A stretch of DNA of 64,000 bases, taken from Burkholderiaceae bacterium (GTDB lineage Bacteria > Pseudomonadota > Gammaproteobacteria > Burkholderiales > Burkholderiaceae_B). A program made the translations under genes and the position numbers. The stretch's first letter is position 1; each line of letters starts with the position of its first letter. The DNA is taken from contig JAOATE010000031.1 of the NCBI GenBank assembly GCA_030158305.1, positions 30,570 through 94,569 on the forward strand, in the 5' to 3' direction. The notes under the pieces were generated by a model. It saw only the letters and a program-made list of their open reading frames with translations, had not been told where the DNA came from and made no database searches. Below are positions 27,820 to 36,547 of the stretch, in pieces.

Positions 27820-30097
27820 TACTGGCCTCGCTTGCAACGGGCAAAGGAGGCTCCGCATCCACCTGTCGCGTCTGTGCTTCATACAGTGCATGATAGGCGC
27901 CACCACGGGCAAGCAGATCCTCGTGATTGCCAATCTCAACCACTTGTCCGCGATCCAGCACCACCAGGCGGTCGGCTTTGCGCAACGTACTGAGTCTATG
28001 CGCAATCGCAATCGTTGTACGACCCTGGATCAAGTTGTCCAATGCTTCCTGAATTTCCATTTCAGTGGTGGTGTCCACCGACGAGGTCGCCTCATCGAGA
28101 ATCAAAATGCGAGGGTCGATTAGCAACGCGCGGGCAATGGAGATCCGTTGACGCTCACCGCCCGACAACGCCTGACCGCGTTCGCCTACTAAAGAGTCGT
28201 AGCCTTGTGGCAGTCTCAGAATAAATTCGTGCGCGCGCGCGGCTCTGGCGGCTGCGATCACTTCTTCGCGCGTCGCACTCGGTTTACCGTAAGCGATGTT
28301 TTCGGCAATCGTGCCGAAAAACAAAAAAGGCTCCTGAAGCACCAGACCAATGTTGCTTCGGAAAGAGTTGAGCGAATATGAACGAATATCCACACCGTCT
28401 ACACGGATGCCACCTTCGGTGACATCATAAAAACGGCAAATCAGATTGACCAGTGAGCTCTTGCCGGAGCCACTATGGCCCACCAAACCAATCATCTCGC
28501 CGGCGCCAATACTCAAATTGACATTGCGCAACACAGTCCGGCTACCGTAGCGAAATCCCACGTTACGGATTTCGATACGACCTTCCATGCGTGTGAGCGG
28601 AACGGGACGCTGCGCATCCGGCACGCTTGAGACATGATCCAAAATATCAAAGATTCGTTTGGCGCCAGCCGCAGCCTGTTGGGTGTAAGTCACAATCCGG
28701 CTCATGGAGTCCAGGCGGGTATAGAAGCGGCCAATGTAAGCGAGGAAAGCCGCCAATACGCCCACGCTGATCGCGCTAGAGGCAACCTGAGTAATACCGA
28801 AAATCCACACCACCAGCAAACCAATCTCAGTCAAAAACGTCACGGTCGGTGCAAACAACGCCCAGACTTTATTGATGCGATCGTTCACGGCCAAATAACG
28901 ATCATTCGCTTCGCGAAAGCGGGCGACTTCACGCTTTTCCTGAGCAAACGCCTTGACCACGCGAATACCGGGAATCGTGTCGGCCAACACGTTGGTCAAC
29001 TCACTCCAAGAACGATCGACTTTTTCAAAACCAAAACGCAAACGGTCTCTCACTAGATGAATCATCCACACGATGATCGGCAAGGGCACCAGAGTCGTCA
29101 CAGCGAGCCAGGGATCAATTGAGATCAGAATCGCAGCCGTCATCAGGATCATCAACACATCGTTGACGAAATCCAAAAAGTGCAAGGATAAAAATAGGTT
29201 GATGCGATCGGTTTCGCTGCCGATTCGGGCCATCAAATCGCCGGTGCGTTTCCCGCCAAAAAACTGTAGGGATAAAGTCTGCAGATGATTGAAGGTTGTC
29301 GTGCGCAAATCGGCACCCATTCGCTCACTGACCCAAGATAACAAATACGTTCGCGCCCAACCCAGCAGCCATGCCAACAAAGCCGCCACCACTAAACCTG
29401 TCAGATATAGGGTCACTAAATCGTAGTCAATTGGCTTGCCATTCTGAAAAGGGATCAGAATGTCGTCCATCAGCGGCATCGTGAGATAAGGCGGGACGAG
29501 GGAAGCGGCAGTCGACATAAGCGTCAACAGCAAACCCACCAACAACGGCACGCGGTAGGGCTTGGCAAACCGGGCAAGACGAAGCAAGGCCCAAGTATCA
29601 CTAGGGCCCGTTGGCGTGGCTTCACACACGGCGCACTCGTCTTGATCTGGTGCAAAAGGCGTTCCGCAGGCAGGGCAGGCGGCTGCGTCAACGACAATTT
29701 CTGCTTGGGGGTCGCGCAGCTTAGTTTGTAAGTTGCTAAATAATTCGACCATTCTTGCGACGGCAGGAACCATACCAAGCGTATGACGCCAAATACCCAG
29801 CCGAGTCGAACCATCAAATAACTCTATTGAACCCACACCCGCATGATCACGATGTTGAAACGACTGAGTAGTGGAGACTGCCCAAACCAGCCAATCCGAG
29901 TCACCGGGGGCGCGTGCAAACAAACGTCGCGACGACAACACGAGCGCACCAGAGGCAAAGTAAAGACGTTCGTCTAAATCAGGCTCCAACCAAGCGATCA
30001 CGAGCTCACCCGGCTCTAGCATCGCCGTCAGTGTGTCTGACCAGCTGCTTGGCATGGATGGGCTGAGTGAGTGCTCAGAGGATGAGAGAAGTGTCAT
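27812..30097 (-). CDS. ABC exporter (TMD + NBD) with an N-terminal extension, cyanophycin-locus associated
   Basis: GHSGSGKS (Walker A), LSGGERQ, LILDEAT, AHRLST; six-TM domain; about 165 extra N-terminal residues with CPAC...CAVC. Confidence 0.92.
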   Translation of the reverse strand: MTLLSSSEHSLSPSMPSSWSDTLTAMLEPGELVIAWLEPDLDERLYFASGALVLSSRRLFARAPGDSDWLVWAVSTTQSFQHRDHAGVGSIELFDGSTRLGIWRHTLGMVPAVARMVELFSNLQTKLRDPQAEIVVDAAACPACGTPFAPDQDECAVCEATPTGPSDTWALLRLARFAKPYRVPLLVGLLLTLMSTAASLVPPYLTMPLMDDILIPFQNGKPIDYDLVTLYLTGLVVAALLAWLLGWARTYLLSWVSERMGADLRTTTFNHLQTLSLQFFGGKRTGDLMARIGSETDRINLFLSLHFLDFVNDVLMILMTAAILISIDPWLAVTTLVPLPIIVWMIHLVRDRLRFGFEKVDRSWSELTNVLADTIPGIRVVKAFAQEKREVARFREANDRYLAVNDRINKVWALFAPTVTFLTEIGLLVVWIFGITQVASSAISVGVLAAFLAYIGRFYTRLDSMSRIVTYTQQAAAGAKRIFDILDHVSSVPDAQRPVPLTRMEGRIEIRNVGFRYGSRTVLRNVNLSIGAGEMIGLVGHSGSGKSSLVNLICRFYDVTEGGIRVDGVDIRSYSLNSFRSNIGLVLQEPFLFFGTIAENIAYGKPSATREEVIAAARAARAHEFILRLPQGYDSLVGERGQALSGGERQRISIARALLIDPRILILDEATSSVDTTTEMEIQEALDNLIQGRTTIAIAHRLSTLRKADRLVVLDRGQVVEIGNHEDLLARGGAYHALYEAQTRQVDAEPPLPVASEASNG

Positions 30098-30193
30098 TGC
30101 TGCGACAGAAGGGGCTCGTCAGTCTGGAACGCCGACTGCAACAGAAAGCTGTTCATTGGGGAAATTTGGCTTGACTCAAAAATGTGTTCACTC

Positions 30194-30223
30194 TGCAAGT
30201 ATAACTAGCATATGCGTCTTGCA
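30194..30223. promoter_or_regulatory. Inverted repeat in the divergent ABC/cphA' spacer
   Basis: TGCAAG-N18-CTTGCA with an internal GCATATGC palindrome. Confidence 0.25.
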
Positions 30224-30338
30224 TTGAACCATCCGTGACTTAGGCTCTGCCAAACCCCCCTTTTTGCTGCGATAATGACACATGCACGGCGTTGTGCAGC
30301 GCAACAAACCATTACTTCTGCAGCCTAAACTGTTTCTT

Positions 30339-32495
30339 ATGAGCACATGTGACATCTCGACTCAGCGCATTATCCATTTGCGCGGGCCGAATATCTGGAC
30401 CTACCGCCCAGTGATCGAGGCTTGGATACAGTTTGACGGCTTTCAGGCCTTACCTGCAGCAACGATGCGTGCCGCCTATGAGCGCTTGTGCCAAGCCCTT
30501 CCCTCACTCACCCAGCCTGGACCCGGCATAGAAGCGTCCAAAGACACGCCTTCATTACTCGCCTCAGGAATGTGGTCTCCCCATCTGCTCGAACACCTCA
30601 CACTCGTCTTGCAGCAACGCGCAGGCATGTCAGGAGGTTTTGGCCAAACGCGCCCTACCTCCAAACCCGGCCTCTTCAAAGTCGTCGTACGCGCGTGGCA
30701 CGAAATCGTGACGCAGCAAGCGCTCAAATTCGCGCGAATCCTGATACTCGATTCTCTCGGTGACCAACCGCTTGACGTCCAACACATGATCGACGCGTTA
30801 CATGAGCTTCGTCTGCTTCATTGCTTGGGTCCCAGCACCGCTTGCATTGTCGATGCTGCAGATGACCGTGATATCCCTGCTATCAGGTTAAGTGCGGGCA
30901 ATCTTTTACAGCTGGGCTACGGTGTCAATCAGCGCCGCATCTGGACCGCTGAAACAGACAACACGGGTGCCATCGCTGAGACCATCTCTCGCGATAAAGA
31001 TCTGACGAAAAGCTTGCTGCAGTCCTGTGGTGTGCCTGTACCGACCGGCCGAGAGGTCTCCAGCGCCGAAGATGCGTGGGACGCCGCACAAGACTTAGGA
31101 CTGCCTGTGGTGGTCAAACCCAGTGATGGCAATCATGGGCGAGGCGTTTTTACAAACTTGTCCACTCACGAGGAAATTAGGCGTGCCTATTGCGTCGCGA
31201 TTGAGGAAGGCTCAGGCGTTCTGGTTGAGCAATTTATTCGCGGCAATGAGCACCGACTCCTCGTGGTGGGTGGCAAACTCGTCGCAGCCGCCAAAGGACA
31301 ACACGCCTGCGTCACAGGTGATGGCAAACAAAGCATCCGAACACTGATTGATACTCAACTCAATGCGGACCAACGCCGTGGACACGAAGAAGATCAGCCC
31401 CTTAATTTTGTCAAACTAGACGCCGCTGCCACACTTGAAATTGAGCGACAAGGCTTTGCACCTGATGACGTGCCTCTAGCAGGACAAGAGATTACGATTC
31501 AACGCAACGGCAACGTTGCGTTTGACTGTACCGAAGAAGTTCATCCAGAGGTGGCAGCCGTTGCCTGCACTGCAGCCCGGATTGTGGGACTCGACATCGC
31601 GGGCATCGACTTGGTCGCTGTTGATATTTCCAAACCTCTCGGTGCGCAACAAGGCGCCATCGTTGAAGTCAATGCCGGTCCGGGCTTACTGATGCACCTC
31701 AAGCCCGCGCAGGGCAAAGCACGTCAAGTCGGCCGTGACATCGTGGGCTACACCTTCCCGCCCGGTGATATGGCAAGGGTCCCTGTCGTTGGCATTACTG
31801 GCACACGCGGTAAAACACTGACAAGCAAACTGCTTTTTAAGCTTCTTTCCCTGTACGGCTGGAAAACTGGACTGGCCTGCAGTGATGGCTTGTTCGTCGA
31901 CCAGCGCCGATTGCACTCTGGCAACTGCGCCGATCATGCAAACGGTCGACGCATACTGTTAAACCGTGAAGTCGAAGCGGTCATTATCGAAAACGGCTGC
32001 AAACAAATTTTGACTGAAGGCCTTGCTTACGAGCGTTGCGAGGTTGGCGTCATAACCAACGTAGATTGGATCGAAGATCTTGCCGCATACGAGATCCGCG
32101 ACGAACTTGATCTGATTAACATTTACCGCACGCAGATGGACGTGGTGCTTCCACATGGCATGGCCATCCTGAATGCCGATGACCAGCGCGTCATGGCCTT
32201 GTCTCAGTTTTGTGATGGTCGAGTCACACTCTTTGGCAGTCAGGCCAATCTGCCCGCCCTTGTCAACCATATTGCCAATGGTCAGCGCGCAGTTTTTATC
32301 GATCACGGCCAGCTGATTTTGGCCGAGGGCTCGGTTCGCCGAAATCTCTGTACGCTGGCCTCTATTCCGGTCACGCAACAAGGTACTCACCGTGAGCACA
32401 TCAGCAGTGTGCTCGCCGCTGCTGCTGCAGCCTGGTCGCTCGGATTAAGTCCCGAGCTCATCGAAGCAGGTTTGATTGCTTTTGAACTGAACTAA
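30339..32495 (+). CDS. cphA: Cyanophycin synthetase paralog CphA' (C-terminally truncated)
   Basis: LRGPNIW, LGPSTACIV, ATP-grasp motifs VVKPSDGNHGRG and VEVNAGPG, GTRGKT. Ends before the DYGHN domain. Confidence 0.9.
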   Translation: MSTCDISTQRIIHLRGPNIWTYRPVIEAWIQFDGFQALPAATMRAAYERLCQALPSLTQPGPGIEASKDTPSLLASGMWSPHLLEHLTLVLQQRAGMSGGFGQTRPTSKPGLFKVVVRAWHEIVTQQALKFARILILDSLGDQPLDVQHMIDALHELRLLHCLGPSTACIVDAADDRDIPAIRLSAGNLLQLGYGVNQRRIWTAETDNTGAIAETISRDKDLTKSLLQSCGVPVPTGREVSSAEDAWDAAQDLGLPVVVKPSDGNHGRGVFTNLSTHEEIRRAYCVAIEEGSGVLVEQFIRGNEHRLLVVGGKLVAAAKGQHACVTGDGKQSIRTLIDTQLNADQRRGHEEDQPLNFVKLDAAATLEIERQGFAPDDVPLAGQEITIQRNGNVAFDCTEEVHPEVAAVACTAARIVGLDIAGIDLVAVDISKPLGAQQGAIVEVNAGPGLLMHLKPAQGKARQVGRDIVGYTFPPGDMARVPVVGITGTRGKTLTSKLLFKLLSLYGWKTGLACSDGLFVDQRRLHSGNCADHANGRRILLNREVEAVIIENGCKQILTEGLAYERCEVGVITNVDWIEDLAAYEIRDELDLINIYRTQMDVVLPHGMAILNADDQRVMALSQFCDGRVTLFGSQANLPALVNHIANGQRAVFIDHGQLILAEGSVRRNLCTLASIPVTQQGTHREHISSVLAAAAAAWSLGLSPELIEAGLIAFELN

Positions 32496-32545
32496 TCTGA
32501 TTCATCCACTACACTCGTCCAACCTCCTCATCCTCAGGAATCTAA

Positions 32546-35116
32546 ATGGAAGTTTCTAGAATTCGCGCGCTACGTGGTCCTAATTTATGGAGTCGCCACA
32601 CTGCCATCGAAGCAGTTGTGACGTGTTCAGGCGACGAAGCTGACCTGGATCAGATGCCCGGTTTCGTCACACGACTGCGAGCACGATTTCCAGAAATCAA
32701 GCCTCTTCGTCCTTTTGGACACAAAGATCCGATTACTTTGGCGCACGCGATTGAAGCGATTGCACTGGGTTTGCAAGCCGCAGCGGGCTGCCCCGTTGCC
32801 TTTGGTCAAACAACGTCGACGCCCGAGCAAAATGTCTTTCAAATTGTCTTTCAATATACCGAAGAGCCTGTCGGTCGACGTGCCCTCGAACTCGCAGAGA
32901 GTTTGTGCCAGGCCGCGTTAGACGACACTGCCTTTGATATCAAACAAGCGCTCTCTGAGTTGCGCGAACTCGACGAAGACGTTCGTCTCGGTCCAAGTAC
33001 TGGATCCATTGTGGATGCCGCGGTTGCACGAGGCGTGCCTTATCGTCGTCTGACTGAGGGTAGCCTAGTCCAGTTTGGTTGGGGTAGCAAACAAAAACGC
33101 ATCCAAGCCGCTGAGACCAGCAGCACCAGCGCAATCGCAGAAGCCATTGCCCAGGACAAAGACCTGACCAAAATGTTGCTGCAAGCCGCTGGCGTGCCAG
33201 TTCCCCAGGGACATGTCGCGACCAATTCAGATGATGCATGGGAAATCGCCAACCACATCGGTTTGCCGGTTGTCGTCAAGCCTCGCGATGGCAATCAGGG
33301 TAAAGGCGTTGCGGTCAACATCGAAACACGCGAACAACTCAACAAAGCCTTTGACGTTGCCTGCACAATCAGTCGCGATGTCATCATTGAGCAATACATT
33401 CCCGGTCACGACTTTAGAATGCTGGTGATCGGCAACCAACTCATCGCCGCCGCCAGACGTGATCCACCCAGCGTCATCGGTGATGGTCAACATACGATTG
33501 CTCAGCTCGTTGAGACGGTTAACTTAGACCCCTTGCGCGGCGATGGCCACGCCACAGCACTGACCAAAATTCGCCTGGATGATATTGCTCTGGCGACGCT
33601 GGCCAATCAAGGCTTAAACGCCCAATCCGTTCCAGAGAATGGTCAGCGTATTTTGTTGCGCAACAATGCCAACCTGAGCACAGGTGGCAGCGCCACGGAT
33701 GTCACGGATGAGGTGCATCCTGAACTAGCCGCCCGCATGGTGACTGCTGCGCAAATGGTCGGACTCGATATTGCGGGCGTCGACCTCGTAGCAGAAACCG
33801 TCGTCAAACCCATGGAAGAGCAGCGCGCCGGCATTGTCGAGATCAATGCCGCCCCCGGCCTGCGCATGCACCTCAGCCCCTCGTTTGGCAAAGCGCGTCC
33901 CGTGGGCGAAGCGATCGTATCGACCATGTTCGCCGATGGAGATAACGCCCGCATACCTGTGGTCGCCGTCGCCGGCACCAATGGTAAAACGACCACCGTC
34001 AGACTGACAGCACATTTACTCGGTGCGAGCGGCAAACGCGTTGGCATGACCAACTCTGACGGTGTCTATATCGAGCATCGCTGCATCGACACTGGAGACT
34101 GTAGCGGACCGCGTAGTGCACGCAATGTACTCATGCACCCTGATGTCGATGCCGCAGTATTTGAAACGGCACGTGGCGGGATTTTGCGAGAGGGATTGGC
34201 ATTTGACAAATGCGACGTGGCCATCGTGACCAATATTGGCATGGGCGATCACCTCGGTATGAATTTCATCACGACGGTCGATACACTTGCATTAGTCAAA
34301 CGCGTCATCGTTCAAAACGTGGCGCCTCATGGCACTGCCGTGCTCAATGCCATGGATCCCATGGTCATCAAAATGGCAGAGGTTTGTCCGGGTTCCGTGA
34401 CGCTTTTCTCCAGTGACCGTCAACAACCCGCTCTCAACACGCATCGCGCCCAAGGCAAGCGGGTGGTGTATCTCGATGGAGACAATATTGTCGCGGCTGA
34501 AGGCAGTACTGAGCACCGACTCGCGCTAAAGGCGATTCCGCTGACGCGCAACGGTAGCATCACCTTCCAAAATGAAAATGCGATGGCCTCAATCGCTGCA
34601 GCATGGGCACTGGGCATCGACTGGCAAACGATTGCCACTGGTCTCTCAACCTTTGTGAATGACGCTCAAACGGCGCCAGGGCGCTTTAACGTGTTTGATT
34701 ATCGGGGCGCCACGGTCATTGCCGACTACGGACATAATCCAGATGCGATTCAGGCACTGATTCAAGCAATTGAGACGATGCCAGCCAAGCGCAGAATGGT
34801 CGTGATTAGTGGTGCAGGCGATCGTCGCGATGAGGATATCGTGCGTCAGACTGAAATTCTTGGCGAAGCGTTTGATCAGGCAATTTTGTATCAGGATCAA
34901 TGCCAGCGCGGACGAGAGGATGGTGAGGTGCTTGCGCTTTTGCAGCAGGGGCTGGTCAATGTCTCACGCACAAAAGACATCGTCGAGATCAGAGGCGAGT
35001 TTTTAGCGATTGATACTGCACTCGCCAAATTAGAACCTGGTGATCTCTGTTTGATTTTGATCGACCAGGTGCAAGAGGCTTTGGATCATATTGCCCTGCG
35101 CGTCAAGCAGGGCTGA
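32546..35116 (+). CDS. cphA: Cyanophycin synthetase (full length)
   Basis: LRGPNLW, LGPSTGSIV, VVKPRDGNQGKG, GTNGKTT, ETARGG, PGRFN, DYGHNP. Confidence 0.95.
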   Translation: MEVSRIRALRGPNLWSRHTAIEAVVTCSGDEADLDQMPGFVTRLRARFPEIKPLRPFGHKDPITLAHAIEAIALGLQAAAGCPVAFGQTTSTPEQNVFQIVFQYTEEPVGRRALELAESLCQAALDDTAFDIKQALSELRELDEDVRLGPSTGSIVDAAVARGVPYRRLTEGSLVQFGWGSKQKRIQAAETSSTSAIAEAIAQDKDLTKMLLQAAGVPVPQGHVATNSDDAWEIANHIGLPVVVKPRDGNQGKGVAVNIETREQLNKAFDVACTISRDVIIEQYIPGHDFRMLVIGNQLIAAARRDPPSVIGDGQHTIAQLVETVNLDPLRGDGHATALTKIRLDDIALATLANQGLNAQSVPENGQRILLRNNANLSTGGSATDVTDEVHPELAARMVTAAQMVGLDIAGVDLVAETVVKPMEEQRAGIVEINAAPGLRMHLSPSFGKARPVGEAIVSTMFADGDNARIPVVAVAGTNGKTTTVRLTAHLLGASGKRVGMTNSDGVYIEHRCIDTGDCSGPRSARNVLMHPDVDAAVFETARGGILREGLAFDKCDVAIVTNIGMGDHLGMNFITTVDTLALVKRVIVQNVAPHGTAVLNAMDPMVIKMAEVCPGSVTLFSSDRQQPALNTHRAQGKRVVYLDGDNIVAAEGSTEHRLALKAIPLTRNGSITFQNENAMASIAAAWALGIDWQTIATGLSTFVNDAQTAPGRFNVFDYRGATVIADYGHNPDAIQALIQAIETMPAKRRMVVISGAGDRRDEDIVRQTEILGEAFDQAILYQDQCQRGREDGEVLALLQQGLVNVSRTKDIVEIRGEFLAIDTALAKLEPGDLCLILIDQVQEALDHIALRVKQG

Positions 35117-35121
35117 GACCT

Positions 35122-35691
35122 TTAGTTTTTTCCTTTCTCGCCCGAGGTTCCGGGTGGGAAAGGAAAGGTCGAAAACATGGCACGTGTCTGATCTTGCATT
35201 TTGTCCTGCATCTGAGAAAACAGGCTTTTGCTCTGCTCCACATAGCTATTCATCATGTTTTGTACCATTGGGGTCTGGGCGGTCATAAATTGTGACCATG
35301 CTTCAGGTGCAAACTGATTGGTGCCGTACAGGCCTTTTGACTGATCGGCCATGCGCTCCTGAATCTCCATAAACCCCTGGATGTTTTTCTCAAGATACGT
35401 TCCCATCATGCCTTGCATGGCGTGACCATAAAAGCGAATCACTTGTGCCAACATCGTTGAAGAGAACATTGGCATACCACCGCTCTCCTCTTCGAGAATG
35501 ATCTGGAGAAGAATGCTGCGCGTCAAATCTTCGGATGACTTCGCGTCCACCACTTTGAACAACTCATTTTCCAACACGAGCTGCTTGACATCCGCAAGCG
35601 TGATGTAGGTGCTGGTCTGCGTGTCGTACAAGCGTCGATTTGGATACTTTTTAATCAGGCGTGCGGGTGCGCCTGCTGCTGCTTCAGTCAT
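35122..35691 (-). CDS. phaR: Polyhydroxyalkanoate synthesis repressor
   Basis: IKKYPNRRLYDTQTSTYITL, DLTRSILLQIILEEE, IRFYG. Confidence 0.95.
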   Translation of the reverse strand: MTEAAAGAPARLIKKYPNRRLYDTQTSTYITLADVKQLVLENELFKVVDAKSSEDLTRSILLQIILEEESGGMPMFSSTMLAQVIRFYGHAMQGMMGTYLEKNIQGFMEIQERMADQSKGLYGTNQFAPEAWSQFMTAQTPMVQNMMNSYVEQSKSLFSQMQDKMQDQTRAMFSTFPFPPGTSGEKGKN

Positions 35692-35764
35692 TACTGTCCC
35701 CAGATCTATTGTCTATTTAACTGCTTTGTTTATTCGTTACTCAACACTCAGACGGTCAAACAGC

Positions 35765-36502
35765 TTAACCCATGTGTAAACCACCGTTTAGAGAAAAGTC
35801 TGCCCCGGTCGAAAAGCCAGATTCTTCGGAGGCGATCCAATTAATAATCGAAGCAATTTCCTCTGGTCTTCCCAAGCGCTTGACAGGAATAGTCGAAACA
35901 ATCTTTTCAAGCACATCCGGGCGAATCGCCCGCACCATGTCAGTCCCGATATAGCCCGGTGAAACAGTATTAACCGTGACACCTTTGCTGGCGACCTCAA
36001 GGGCAAGCGACATCGTAAAGCCATGAATCGCGGCCTTGGCGGTTGCATAGTTGCACTGACCAAACTGTCCCTTTTGACCATTCACAGAACTGATATTAAT
36101 AATACGCCCAAAACCACGATCAGCCATGCCGTCAATGACTTGCTTGGTCACGTTAAATAAGCTGTTGAGGTTGGTGTCCATCACAGCACGCCAATCATCG
36201 GAGGTCATTTTACGAAAAACACCATCTCGTGTGATGCCAGCGTTATTCACCAAAATATCGACTGGACCGTGTTCAGCCACTACTTTTTTAAACGCGGCTT
36301 CGCAGGAGTTCCAGTCAGAGACGTTTCCTACAGAAGCATAAAAGGTATAGCCCAACGCAGCTTGTTCGTCGATCCACTGTTGGTGGTCACGACTGGGCCC
36401 ACAGCCCGCAATCACTGTCATGCCTTCTTTTGCCAGACGCTGGCAAATCGCGGTGCCAATTCCACCCATTCCACCCGTGACATACGCAATCTTTGCACTC
36501 AT
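35765..36502 (-). CDS. phaB: Acetoacetyl-CoA reductase
   Basis: TGGMGGIG, NNAGITRD, NGQKGQFGQCNYATAK, SLNGGLHM. Confidence 0.95.
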   Translation of the reverse strand: MSAKIAYVTGGMGGIGTAICQRLAKEGMTVIAGCGPSRDHQQWIDEQAALGYTFYASVGNVSDWNSCEAAFKKVVAEHGPVDILVNNAGITRDGVFRKMTSDDWRAVMDTNLNSLFNVTKQVIDGMADRGFGRIINISSVNGQKGQFGQCNYATAKAAIHGFTMSLALEVASKGVTVNTVSPGYIGTDMVRAIRPDVLEKIVSTIPVKRLGRPEEIASIINWIASEESGFSTGADFSLNGGLHMG

Positions 36503-36547
36503 ATTGAATCTCCGAAGTTATCCTGCACAACATGCATTGAACTGAAC

